Part shown: positions 31,653 through 52,253 of the stretch, one piece after another | Numbering within the stretch: position 1 is the first letter of the stretch | Layout of the letters: every line of letters begins with the position of its first letter | Source: Salpingoeca rosetta | Taxonomy: Eukaryota; Protista; Choanoflagellata | Length of the DNA: 64,000 bases | Assembly (NCBI GenBank): GCA_033442325.1 | Contig: JAWQFM010000001.1 | Location: forward strand, 1,959,479 to 2,023,478 | Reading direction: 5' to 3' | Program-made: the position numbers and the translations under genes | Notes under the pieces: model-generated | Database searches by the model: none | What the model saw: only the letters and a program-made list of their open reading frames with translations | Told to the model about the DNA's origin: nothing

Positions 31653-32814
31653 TATCATAATCATCATCATCGCCACCGTCTCCTGCCTGCTGCTTCGCCT
31701 CTCGCTCAAGCTTGGCGCGCTTTCGCCGCTGCCGTCGCTTCGATGCTGCTGTGGGCGCCGGCTGCAGCACCTTCTCCTGCACGACGCGAACCACATCGTG
31801 GGAGTGCGGACATGTCTTGCCTGCGCGGCAGTGCCCGTGCGCCGCAAACTGCATGCAGATGGCCCGCAGACGGCGACCTGCACCAGCACCATTTCCATCA
31901 TCGCACGTGCCCTCCCTCTCCTCTTGCTCTCCCTCTTCCTCCTCGGGAACAACGCGAATGGGGAGCTCGCGCACCCACGTGCCGCGTCGCACCATCGCTG
32001 CCATAAACGGCGCTGGGCGGAGCGGCAGCTGGGGTCCGCGCTGTGCAAGGCAGCGGTGGAACAGGTACTCCAGGTACGACGCCTCCTCCCGCACGGCGTA
32101 CTCCGCCAGCACCTTTGTGTCGTAGATGGCCGGCAACAACTCTGACACGTCGGCGAGGAACATGTCCAGCTGTGGCGGCAGCTCCGTGTACATGGCCTCA
32201 TACAGGAACACAAGATCCAGCAGCCCGTTGTGCAGCACAACGGGGCATTTGCTAGTCACCAGCACACGGAACAGGTCGTGGATCGACGGGGGTGGTGTGC
32301 CTTTGCCCCCGCGCGCTGCTGTTGCTGCTGTTGCTGCTGTTGCACCATTGCTGGCTTTCCTGCGCTGGCTGTTGCGTCGTTTGTGGTGGCCTGGCGTGTA
32401 CTGGAGGCCGGAACGCGCCTGCTTGTTGAAGTCAAAGCCGTGACGGTCCAGGAAGGCAATGGCGCCGGGCTCAACCACGTACTCGCGGGTTGAGATGAGA
32501 AGGATGTCGAAGGTCTGCACCTGGTAACCTTGGCCCTGTGGCAGCTCCTTGAAGCACGCGATACCGAGGGAGAGCAAGGCCCTGCTCTGTGCGGTCGTCC
32601 GCATGAGCTCGAACCGCTGCTGGATGGATCGCGCCCGCATCGCTCCGCGCGCGCCCAGCCCAGACAGCTCGCAATCCAGCGCCACAAAGCTCGCCTGCGA
32701 CAAGGCCACATGCAGGCACGCCCACAGCGGGCCAAAGTTGTCGCGGTTCACATCCACCACAACAACAGAGCTGCTGCTGCTGCTGTCGCCGCTCACTGCA
32801 TCCTTGTCGCCCAT
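31003..32814 (-). CDS. TOE1: TOE1 (Caf1z) DEDD deadenylase / snRNA 3'-maturation exonuclease with CCCH finger, intronless
   Basis: VVDVNRDNF...ASFVALDCELSGLG, LLSLGIACFK, HGFDFNKQ, VVLHNGLLDLVFLY, IYDTKVLAEY, CCCH finger ICMQFAAHGHCRAGKTCPHSHD, and HRAGYDAFMTG. The first in-frame ATG is at 32814. Confidence 0.95.
31078..31143 (-). repeat. Pure (CAG)22 coding for polyQ near the TOE1 C-terminus
   Basis: 22 uninterrupted ctg triplets on the + strand, in frame with TOE1. Confidence 0.92.
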
Positions 32815-32888
32815 GTTGTTGCCTTCGTACACGTTTTTCCTGTTGTTTTTGTACACCAAGAGAAGAACAAGGGAAGAATAAGCGAGGG
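32815..32888. promoter_or_regulatory. Extremely short divergent spacer, TOE1 / SPOUT1 (74 bp between ATGs)
   Basis: ATGs at 32814 (-) and 32889 (+). A T-rich half is followed by an A/G-rich half. Confidence 0.55.
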
Positions 32889-33470
32889 ATGAGCAGAGCA
32901 CGTGGCACGGAGGACGACGAGATGGACGAGAGGGAAGAAGAGGTCGAGCAGGTGGCGATGGTGGAGGGGGATCGTGACAGTGACATCAGCGACAGCAACA
33001 ACGGCAGCGACAACAGCGACATCAGCGACAGCAACAACGGCAGCGACAACAGCGACGGCGAGGATGAGAATGATGATGGCAGTGACGGCGATGACGAAGA
33101 GGCAGAAGAGGAGGTGCAGCTGGAAGGGAACAAGGCGTTTGACGTGCTGGTGAAGGAGCTGGAGGGGCACACGGAAGCGTCGCTTGAGAAGCTCAAGGAC
33201 ACCGTGCGCGAGGCCAGGGAAAAGGTCAAGGCCAAGCGAAAGGCAGCGGTAGCAGCAGGAGAGGAAGAAAACGGGGAGCACCAAGCTGAGGGAAAGGGTG
33301 TCATGGACACAGCGGAAGAGGCTGCAACACCAGCATCATCCACTGCCCGCGACGAGCGGCTGCCAAGCAAGAAGGCCAAAGTCAAGCAAGGTCATGCGTC
33401 TGTATGTGTGTGCGTGTGCATGTGTGTGTCTGTGTGTGTGTGTCTGTCTGTCTGTGTGTGTGTGTGTGTG

Positions 33471-33503
<33 letters not shown>

Positions 33504-34028
33504 GCGTGCATCTGCCTTCGTAGGTACAGATGTGCATGACTTGTTCACTTACTCTATGGTGAGCTTTGGTCACGTCAAAGCACTCACCATCAGCCCCTGC
33601 CGCTTCTCCGCGTTCAGACCACGGCCCAGGTCGCCACTACACCGTGAGCATTGCCATCCCGGGATCACTGATTGCCGGCGTGCAGTCGCAAGAAGTGCGG
33701 TCCCATCTCGCGGGCCAGGTAATGTCACGTAACGTAGTGCACCTCCATCACCACCATCACCATCACGCGGCGGCGCACACTTGCACTATTCCGTACAAAC
33801 ACAACGACACACACCGTGTAGCCTGTGCAGCTTTGCTTTGCTGTTGCTTTGTTGGTTGGCACTTATCCCTTGCAACCCACGTGCCTTGATTGCGTGGGAT
33901 GCTGAACTCAGATTGCACGTGCGGCTGTCCTGTTTCAAGTGGATGAAATTGTCGTCTATCGCGAATCCACCATCTCCCTGGATAACACTGTCACCGAAGG
34001 TTGGCTTCAGCAGTCGCCCAATCACCGC

Positions 34029-34104
<76 letters not shown>

Positions 34105-35392
34105 AACACACACACAAAAACAAACGCACAAACACACACACACACACACATGCTAACACTGATTCCTGTGTGTTTGACGGCCCAGGTATTCCTGTCCTGC
34201 ACAATGAGCACGGCACGGGAAAGATGCGAGGCGACCCCTGTGCGTTCCTGGCGCGTGTTCTCGAGTATCTCGACTGCCCGCCGTTCCTCCGCAAGCACTT
34301 CTTCGGCATCCACAGGTTCGCGTACACGGGCAACCCATCTCGTCCGACTGACTCTGTCTGTCTGTCGTTGTGCACCTTCGGTTTCCACTCACGCATGTTG
34401 CCTTTTGTACAGGGATTTGAAGTTTGCCAGCTTGCTGCCGCCGCTGGAGGCACCCCACCACACGGTAAGCGTCATTGGCCATAACATTTCGCGTTGCTGA
34501 CACTGTCATCCCTCAACAACACGCAGCACATCCGCGTACAACACACACACACGCACACTCACTCACACAAGTGCGCATGTGTATGTGTGCGTGTGTGTGC
34601 TCTCTCGCTTGCTCACAGCCTCCTCCCCCTTCCCCCGCCCCACGATGTGACAGGTTGCAGATGCACCGAGCCCGTTTCGGGAGGGAGTGACGCTCAAGAA
34701 ATACGTTAAGCCTGGCAAGGTGTGCGAGTGCCGTTGCCCCATGAGCTCTTGTGCATGATCCCCCCCCCCTTTCACACACTCGCTCACTCACTCACTCACT
34801 CACTCACTCACTCACGCACTCACTCACTCACTCACTCACTCACTCACTCACTCACTCACTTACTCGCACTCACTCACTCACTCACTCGCATCCACCAGGG
34901 CTCGTTTGTGGACATTGGCTTGACCCGGCCTGCCAAGATTGACCGACATCTTGCTCCCGGTGTCCGCGTCACTGTTGCCCTAGATGTCACGCAGTACCAC
35001 AAGAAACGTAAGCGCCCCCTGCTTTGGCTGGAGGCAGTGTTCGCTCTTTTCATCGTATGTCTCTCCCTGCAGTTGCCTACACTGCCGCTGTCTCCGGCGC
35101 AATGCTGTGAGTTCGGTTTACGCGTGCTCCTGTTTGCACATGCCCACACGCCCACACCCCTGCCTCGCTAACACTCCTGCCCTACTCTCCTGCCTGTATA
35201 CGCGTGTGTAGAGGTGCACACCTTCCGCGGCAAGGCGGTGAGCCCTTCAGCTCCGCGTGAGCAGAAGGGCATGTACTGGGGATACAGCGTGCGCGTCGCA
35301 GAGTCCGCAGCAGACGTCCTGTCAGAGTGCCCATGGAAGGTGCGTTGCTTGCAAATTTTTGTTTTGTATTTGTGTGTGTGTGTGTGTGTGTT

Positions 35393-35455
<63 letters not shown>

Positions 35456-35714
35456 ATATATGCGTGTGTGTGTTCGTACCAGCTGCCTGCTTTCGGTGGC
35501 CAGTATTGTGTCTGAGCTCACATACATTCAACCACGAAATCTATGCACACACACACGCGCGCGCGCATGCGGTTTTCCCGGCTGTTTATGTGAACGGGTA
35601 CAGACCGGGTATGACCTCTGCATGGGCATCACAACCAAGCGTGGAAAGGCACCAGAGGCTGTCACCATGCCGAAATCATTCAAGTGCGTCGCAAGCGCAC
35701 GCATGCATGTGTGT

Positions 35715-35769
<55 letters not shown>

Positions 35770-36260
35770 CGTGCGTGGGTGTCCTGTTTTCTTTTGTTGT
35801 TTTGTCCTCCACCACACCACGCGCCTTTCCTCACGTCTGTGCGTATGTGGTCGCTTTCTTTGCTTGCAGGCACGCTCTTGTGATATTTGGCGGCGCAGAG
35901 GGTTTGGATGAGTTTGTTGAGAGCCGCCAGGCACAAAAGCGTGTCTTGCACCGCATCAACACCTGCAAACACGCCGGAACCAGGAACATTAGAACAGAGG
36001 TGCGTTGTGTGTTTGTGCGTGTGTGTGTGTGTGTCTGTGTCTGTGTCTGTCTGTCCGTCCGTCCATCTGTTTGTCTGTCCGTCCGTCCGTCCATCTGTTT
36101 GTCTATGTGTGTGTGTTGATTTGCGCGTCCGACTACCTGTCTGGCTCGGCTAAGCTTTTACATGTGTGCGTGCGCTGCTGTTTGCATGCAGGAGTCACTC
36201 TTGATCAGTCTGTCGAGCCTGTCTCCGTTGCTGCGACAGCACGGCGCAACCAGCAGCTGA
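32889..36260 (+). CDS. SPOUT1: SPOUT1 / C9orf114 / CENP-32 SPOUT-family RNA methyltransferase, multi-exon, acidic N-terminus
   Basis: GRHYTVSIAIPGSL...LAGQ|IARAAVLFQVDEIVV; LARVLEYLDCPPFLRKHFF; LLPPLEAPHH; FREGVTL; GSFVDIGL; GMYWGYSVRVA; HALVIFGG; INTCKHAGTRNIRTE|ESLLISLS. Stop at 36258-36260. Confidence 0.94.
32979..33056 (+). repeat. 36-nt in-frame tandem duplication (SDISDSNNGSDN x2) in SPOUT1 exon 1
   Basis: gacatcagcgacagcaacaacggcagcgacaacagc occurs twice in tandem. Confidence 0.85.
34783..34886. repeat. (CACT)n tetranucleotide microsatellite in a SPOUT1 intron
   Basis: Direct observation. Confidence 0.9.
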
Positions 36261-36599
36261 CCACGCACCTCTCCTTGGTCCACCCCAGTGCTTGTTCCTC
36301 TAACTTCTTTTGTTGTGGCGTGTGGCTTTGTTTCATTGTGCCAAACTTCATCTCAGCTGTGAATGAACGTGTGTTATTATCTGGGTAGCTACAAGTAAAG
36401 CAGCGCAATCACATTACATCATCAAATCAAATCACATTCACCGCATCAAAACACGTGTCATCACATCAGCACACATGCTGCCAGATCGATCGGTCAACTC
36501 TGTGCACTACTCACACAAGTGCTTGATATGATCCTCCCCTCCTCCCCCCCCCCCGGCTCTCCCTCCCAAGGTTATCGTTTTGCTCCACAACGTGTCACA

Positions 36600-44141
<7,542 letters not shown>

Positions 44142-44328
44142 CACCAACCAACCAACGACCGTTGCAAAATACAACTGTCAACGACACCACAAAAATTTCG
44201 CACCCACCCCTTTCTGTACAGCAACAACGCGCGAGAACAGTCAAACACGCAGTCAAACACACACACATACACACACGCACACACATACACACACTCAAAC
44301 GCACGCACACACACACACTCAAACGCAC
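44142..44328. promoter_or_regulatory. Putative bidirectional promoter, LRRCC1-like / sulfotransferase-like (187 bp)
   Basis: Divergent ATGs at 44141 (-) and 44329 (+). Confidence 0.45.
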
Positions 44329-45874
44329 ATGGCGATAAGCGCGAGCGAAATGCTGCTGCGGGTGGCCACGAGCCGGCTGACGGTGCCAAAGATGAGGTTT
44401 GCAGCCGTGCTGCATGGCGTGGTTGGCCTCATCATTTTGTTGGCGTGCCACATGTTGGTGACAACGCGGATCGCAGGCAAGATCCAATACGCGCGCACGC
44501 AGACGGCCGAGTTGGCGCGTGAGCTGGAGTCCCTCAATAACCAGCTCGAGGCGTTGGAGGGAGATACGGCCAAGCTTCAAATTCGAGCAGCAGACGTCAA
44601 CAAGCGCATTCAAGAATGGTCTGCACAGGTCTGTACAACGTGACGCACGTGTTTGCGTACCGAGTGTCAGCCTGTGCAGAGTGTGGGTCGTGTATGTGTA
44701 TGTGTGCGTGTATGTTCGATGTGCGTGAATGTTTAATGTGCGTGTGTGTGATGAGACGTATGTATTTGTTCGTGTATGTGCGCCTGCCCGATTGGAAACC
44801 TTCTCGACTTGTTGTTTTGACTGCGCGCCATCCATCTGCTTGTCTCCTCCTCTCAACGCGCCTCTTCTTGGCTCGTCTCCTTTCGTTTCAGCTCATTCAT
44901 TGATTCATTGACATGCACCACTACACGTGCCCTCACGTATGCATCCAATCAAACAGCGAAAGCAGCGCGCCCACAAGCATGGCCATGCGTCATCACAGCA
45001 CATCGTGGTGGGGGCAGAGAACGTGCATGAGGTGGAGTTGCAAGGATTTCAGCGCAACCGCGTAGTCATGGATGGTCCGTACTGCACCCCAATGACCGCG
45101 CCCAAGAAGCCCCTGCCCAAGTTTGTCTTCGTCGCCGGTGTCGAGGGAAGTGGCCACCACGCCCTGCTGTCTGTCTGGGAAAAGCTGAAGGAAGACTCCG
45201 TCCCACTCGAGCTGATCGTGTACGACCAAGTGTTTCACCAGCTTGGCGTTGAGAACCACGCATCCTACCACTACTCGCGCATCTCACTTGAGGAGCGCGA
45301 GGCAGCCATGCGTCCGGTCTTCGAGCACGCAGCGCAGCGTGGCGCCACCGTCATCGACGCGCAAAACTCGTATCCCATGGGCCAGTTTGCAGGGAGTCTG
45401 GCACATCCAGACCTGCTGCAGCTGGCGAAGCTTGACGGGAAGCTGTTTGACCTGCGCGTCATTGTGCTCTACCGCAACCCCACAGACGCCGTCCTATCCG
45501 CTGTGCGCCGCTTTCGTTCGGAGGACGGCCCGTCAAAGTACAAGAACTCGCAATTCCAGGCCCGCATGGTTGCAGAGAGCCTGGTCGCCATCAACAACGC
45601 CCTGCCGCATCTATCGTGTGGCAAATGGACGATGTTGCAGTATGAGGACTTTGTGCACAACCCACGCCTGCTTGCCGGGCCCTTTGCGAGGCTACTTGGA
45701 CTTCCCAAATCCGCCTTTGACTCGAGCCTTGCTAATGTACACGCTCCACCAAAGCGTACGCTGACGCACGCGGTGCAGGAGGAACAACGGCTGCTTGACG
45801 AGTTCTTCAGCAGGCAGGCAGTGCTGTGGCCGTTGCTTGCATCTGCAGCCAAGCAATCAACGACGGCACCATAG
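44329..45874 (+). CDS. Type II membrane (Golgi-like) protein with a P-loop sulfotransferase-type fold, 2 exons
   Basis: Exon 1 (~44329-44628) has a TM segment FAAVLHGVVGLIILLACHMLV and a coiled-coil stem. Exon 2 (~44958-45874) has FVFVAGVEGSGHH (5'-PSB-like loop), VIVLYRNPTDAVLS (3'-PB motif R-x-P-x-D-x3-S) and LQYEDFVHNP. Confidence 0.72.
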
Positions 45875-46796
45875 CAACGACGTGGGAGAGAAAGAGTGAA
45901 AGTGGGCGAGTTTGTTTGCGTGTGTGCGGTGTGTGATTGTGAGTGAGTGAGTGAGTGAGTGATGAGTGTAGGGATGTAGGAATGCGTGTGTGTGTGTGAA
46001 GGTGAGTGAATGTAGGCACGTGCGTGTGTGCGTGTGCGTGTGTGCGCGTATGCGTGTGTGCGTATGCAGGATGGAGCCGACTGTCCCTTCTAGTGTATCA
46101 TGTGCCTTCTTCTTGTTCAAAGCTGCATCGCCACCGTGCAGACCTGTTCATACTTTCGCCTGTCTATTGCTATGTCCGCCGCTTGGCTCTCCGCATTCTC
46201 TCACGTGCAGTGACGTGTTCTTCGAGCCTGCGCGGCCGTCCTAGTCAATCCTGCACAATAACTGACAATGGCATGTCCTGATTACATCTACATTCTGCAC
46301 TCATCATGCTTTGAAGCTTGCTTTTTGGTCCTCGCTCCGTGTACAACGAAACGAAAGCGGAAAGAAACACGAGATGGCGTGCATCGGTTTGAGGTGGTCT
46401 ATTGGCGTGAAATGGCATGCACACAACAGCAAACCAGAACATCATCACCAGCACCACCACCAGCACCAACAACAACAACAACAACAACAACAACATAGCT
46501 AAGGGAAAGCATCATGCAAGATGGAGGGGTTGATTGGGTTCACTACCTGTGAAGGGCCAAACGAAAGGCAGTCGAGTACTTCAGCGAAAGCAACAGCTTG
46601 GTGCAGTCAAAATGTCACATTCGTTAATGTCAGTCCAGAGTCTCAAGCGAGAGCAGCTAACGCACAGCATGCAGCTTGAATGGGTCAAAACGAAGAAAAA
46701 AACCCCCGGCGAAATGCATGGGATATGACGGAAGAAAAGAAGGCAGGAAGAAGCACATCCGAGAGGAGGAAGAGGCAAACAAAGACGAGCAGCGAG

Positions 46797-47379
46797 TTAT
46801 CGCTTCATCTGCTCCACAAGGAAAGAGGTGTCATCCTGGTACTGGGGCTTCTCCGGCGCGTTCACTTTGTTCAGGCCGTGATACGGCAGGCACAGGTACA
46901 CCTGGCGGGAGGGCAGCCGGTGCGGCAGTGAGCGGATGTGGCGCTCCCAGTTCCCGCTGGGCCGCCCAGCCAACCTACGGGCGCACGCGAAGGGACAAAG
47001 AAAACAATCAACGCCAAGAGGGGGGTGAGATGGGGTGGAGGGAGGAGTATGAGTATGAGCAGTAAACACCAAACACCCACACAGACACACACAGACACAC
47101 ACAGACACACACAGACACACACAGACACACACACACGCGCATACGCACCTCTGAAAGGCGACGGCGGAGGATTCACGGGCAAGAGAGCGTTGCATGGACT
47201 GTTTTCGCGCCCGCCTGAAGCAGACATCACAATAGCGCAGCGGCAGTGCACAACGAAGACGTGTGCGTGTGTGTGAGCTGGGGAGATGAGGAGAAGGAGA
47301 CAGGGCCACAAAGCGAAATGACATACATGCACACAAATGAGCACAGATTCGCCGCTGCAGCTCTCGCTGACGCACATTC

Positions 47380-47421
<42 letters not shown>

Positions 47422-50400
47422 AACAAACAAACAAACAGACGCACCCCTTGACAACGTGCGATTGCTGGCGTCGACCTCCATCCCTCTTTGGTGGTTGCTG
47501 ACAAGGTAGCACAAGGAAATGACACCACAACGTGAGAAATGTGGCTCCCAAACGGCGCAAGAGAACAGCACACATAACTTAACACATACACACATACAAA
47601 CATGCAACCATACAAACATACATACATACATACATACATACATACATACATACATACATACATACATACAAACAAACATACATGCACACAAAAACCCCGT
47701 TATTTTTCCATACACACGCACGCTCTCACCATGGGCATCCACGACTGGTTTGGGGTGTTCCGGAGATCGAAGATGCTGTCTGACGTCTGTCGCTCCAGCC
47801 GCGGGCCTGCCCTCACCTCCGATAACCGCTGTTGCAGCGCTGTCCCCGTCGTTGCCCGCGTGAGTGTTCGCGCCGACGAAGACGCACGGCCCTGTGCCGA
47901 CACGCCACGGGACCGGCTGTGACTTGCCTGCCGCTGCTGGGCAACAGAGCGACGGCGCGAGGTGGCGCGTGTGGAGCCCAGGCCAAACTTCAGGCGGGTA
48001 TCGTAGGGCGTCTGTGCACGGAGATCGTCATCATCGCCGCTGTCGTTGTCAGAATCCTCGTCATCGTAGATGCCAAGCTCGGCCATTTCCTTCTTCAGCG
48101 CCTCCTCCTCCCTTTTCTTCTTCAGTTCCGTCTCCTCGTACTTGACAATCTCAGGAGGGCGCTCAGGATGCTGCACACGAATGCGAGCGTGGGTGTGAGC
48201 GTGGGTGCGCGTATGTAAGCGCTTGTGAGCGTGTCGGAGGTGCGTGTGCTTGCAAGATTCGGGCACGGACAGTTGCGCAGAGAACACAAGTGAAAGAGGA
48301 GCGAACGGCCGCGCACAGAGCAGAACCAGGCAAAACAAGCAAGACAGGCAAGACAGGCAAGACAGGCAAGACAGGCAAGACAGGCAAGACAGGCAAGACA
48401 GGCAAGACAGACAGGAGAGGCGACGCACCTCCCAGGTGTCCCTTGACAGGAGGTCCCATGTGAAGTCCTGACCAAACGTGCCGATAAATTCGCCACCGAA
48501 TCCCCACGCACGGCAGCGTTGGTCCTTGGACGTGGAGATGATCACCCTATCGACAGCAAGCAGCACAGGGAACACATGTGTGCATGTGTGGGTGTGTGTG
48601 CGTGTGTGCGTGTGTGTGCGTGTGAGCGGCACGGTGTCGATATGGGAGCACCAAATCAGACCAATGATGCAACACTCACACACGCATGCAATCCAATCCC
48701 GCATGTCGGCAAGAGATGTGTTCGCACCCTTGTGCGTCGCCCCCAATCAAACTCGAGTCCTCAATCAGCTCTGCAGGCAGGCGTATGGGTGAAATGCAAT
48801 TCAAACACCAACAACAATCAGGATAGCGTGAGCACACCGACCACCACGGCAAACGCACCAGCGAACCGCACGCTGCACAACCGCAAAGCTGACGTCACTT
48901 CCAACACACCACAACACACCCCAACATACCCGAATACACCACACCGCATCACAATACACCACAATACAGCCCAGCGCACCGAGGCCTGTGACGGCGTCCA
49001 AGTGCGCGCGCCACATGGCAACGAGCGGAGGTCCTGCATCCCTCGGAAGAAAGTCGTCGCGTGAAAAAGTGGGTGGAACAATCACGGAATTGTTGCGCGT
49101 CAGGGTGCGTGTGACCTGCCGGCGGGCATTAGCACGCGCTGTCCTTGCTGCCTCTGTCACGGCCGCGTCACCGGGCTGGAGGAGGTTGTTTGTTGGCGAG
49201 CGCGTGTGTGGCGGCGACACGCCAGGGCTGCTGCTGTCCTTGTCCCTGGCAGGCCACGCTGTTGCTGGCTCGCGGGTGATTGTGATTGTGGACGACGTGG
49301 ATGCAGAGAGACCGACGTCCTCGCTCGCCCTCCGGCTGATGCTGGGGCCCTCCTCCTCGGGAATTGCCTGCATGTCCTCTGCATCGTCCTCAACGAGCGT
49401 CTGCACACCCCCGTTTGCGTACCGCGAAATGTCAAACACACGCACAAACCCTGTCGAGCAACACATGCAGTGGAGCAGGTGAGCGTGGCGATGAGCGACA
49501 CACGCGTGAAAACGCAGGTGAAAACTGCACACCAGCACCAAGTGATCACACAGGCATACTCACAAACAAACAGGCAACATAGGCACTGCACGCGCATACA
49601 CGGTACAATCACGCACCGTGGCTGTCTGCTGCGATGAGAAAGCGGTTGCACTTGGTGGCCTTGACACGCGTGATGGTCACGTCCTTGTCCGAATCCTGCA
49701 ACACCAAAGTAGCAGTGTATGTGTGCGTACACGGTGGTAGTGATGGCGATGTAAGCACGAATGCGAAAAACACAATCACAGATGTCATGAACGATGAAGG
49801 AACACACAAGCACGCACGCCCACAAGCACGCACGCCTCCCCCACGCACGAGAGCACATAGAGATCCACACACACACACATACACGCACACATATGCACAC
49901 ACACCTGCACACACCTGCACACACAAGCACACATGCACACGAGCTGACTGACCACGGAGAACCAGGCAACGAGCCTGCCGCCATGGGCGAGGGTGAAGAA
50001 GTAGATGCTGCCACAACCGCCGCAGGTGACAAGCGTGCCGACATCAGCAGCCGTTGCGCGCGTCTCCAAACAGAGCAGGTGGGGTAGGTTGCGTTCTTGC
50101 ATCTGCACAGAGCGGCAAAGTTGGTAAGGGGAAGGTGTGCCGACACACGACGTGAGCAACGGAAACAGACGACATAAACAAGTACGTGATAGTCACAGCC
50201 ACACGGGCGGTATGCATGTGCATATGTGTGTGTTGGCTGTGTGTGTGTGTGTGTGTTGGCTGTGTGTGTGTGCGCGCTGTCAACGCACCATCTCCTCGAC
50301 GCGAGGACTGCTGGATGTGAGCCGGCGCTGACTGCGGCGGCGCGGCGGTTCTGGCGGCGGTATCGTCATTGTCGCCGTCACACTCATCGACGTCACATTC

Positions 50401-50536
50401 CACGCTTTTACCTGGGGTGTGTGTGCCGTGAGGGCGGAGAATGGCATGACGATACGAGAAACAGCCACTTGCTCACCACGTTGAGATCATGGACAAAGTC
50501 CCATGCAGAGCATCGTCAAGGTCAGGGAACTGACAT

Positions 50537-50598
<62 letters not shown>

Positions 50599-52160
50599 TG
50601 CACAGCGGCATCACACCTCGCCATCGTAACTCGACGTTGCCAGCGTGTTGGGCGGACAGAAGCAGAGTGCTTGCACATCATCGGAGTGGTGTTGCACCTG
50701 ATGAATCGGCAGTTGATGGATGAAAATGTTCAGCAGAATGTCAACTAACGTCAACTAATGTAAACTGCAGTTCCAAACAAAACATGCAGGGTGTGCGCGT
50801 GCGTGCGTGCGTGTGTATGTGTGTGTATGTGTGCATGAGCGAGCCGAGACCTTTGATCGCGACGGGAGCGGGTGCACGGGCGCCATGTGCAAATCGTCCT
50901 CCGGCAGATCCTTGAACATGAAGATTCGACGGTCCCAGCCCGTCGCCGCAATCCGCCTAATCAGCACACGCGCGCGCATGAGCGATGATGATGCACAGAG
51001 ATGAGAAGGGGTTGGTGCGTCGTGGCAGCATGCGTTTTGCGAGTGCAGGTTGGTACTCAACGAGCGGAGGCAATCAGATGTACACGTGTGAGCTTGTGTG
51101 TGTGTGTGTCATTGTGCACCGAAGCATGCCGTGTTCCAAGTAGACGACGCTGGTGACTTCTTTGTCGGTTCCCTTCAGTAACAACCACCAAAGTCACGAG
51201 AGCAAATGAAGCGTGTGCGTGCTGTGAGCCACAGGAGAACAAGCGGCTGCATCAGGGCAAAGACGCGCGTGTGCATGCAGACACAATGTCCAGTGTGCTC
51301 ACTTTGTTGAAGTGACGCAACAATTGCCCGTTGCCGTAATTCCACGCTTTGATTTCTCCACTAACTTGGGCAGTGATGAGCCTGAAGCAAGGGCGAGTGG
51401 GCGAGTCGTGGTCATGAGTGTGGGACGAGGACATCCCAAGGTTGCGGGAGGAACACTACATGATGTTGCAACACACGCGCGAACATGTACAGCCATGTCC
51501 TCACCACAAGCAAGCAAACAGCAAAAACAACAGCAGACCTTCGCATGGAGGAGTCGAAGGTGACGGCGGTGAGCGCTTTGCCGGGATCAATGGCTTCCCC
51601 TTCTGTTGAGTGGCAACAAGCAATCAGTTGTGAGCGGATTGGTGGTGGCTGCGGGCCCTCTCCAACATCGCGACAGACTGGCGGCAGCAAACTTGGACAT
51701 AGAAGACGCAATTTGACGAGCACAGACAGTCAGTCAGCACATCGACCAACGACAACAGCGTGGGAGCTTCTGCATGCATGCGTGTATGCGTACGCACCGT
51801 CACAGACGGAGAACTCGAAGACCTGGTCGCCCTCGATTGTCCACACCTGAAATGATGAACAGCGATTATGTGAGCCACGTCTTTCTTGCACATGCTCGCT
51901 TACATGGCAGGCATACAGCTGACAGTCCATGCAGACCTTGATGGTGCCGTCACGAGAGCAGGTGACGAGGTGGCGGAAGCGTGCGTTGAACACGGCCGCA
52001 ACAAGCGGGCTCTGATGCGACACAATCTCATCCTTGCGCCGGTGCCTGCATTCACATACCAAAACCCAGCACACACGCGCAAACATACAAGCACATGAAA
52101 CACATGAGGGCGCAATGTGATGCGCACGCGAGCCCCAAAACACGCTATTGTTTGTTTGTT

Positions 52161-52253
<93 letters not shown>

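Noticed and set aside
44161-44175. GTTGCAAAATACAAC as an RFX X-box upstream of the LRRCC1-like gene
   Set aside because: Position and partial palindrome are suggestive, but both half-sites deviate from consensus. Too weak without a motif scan.
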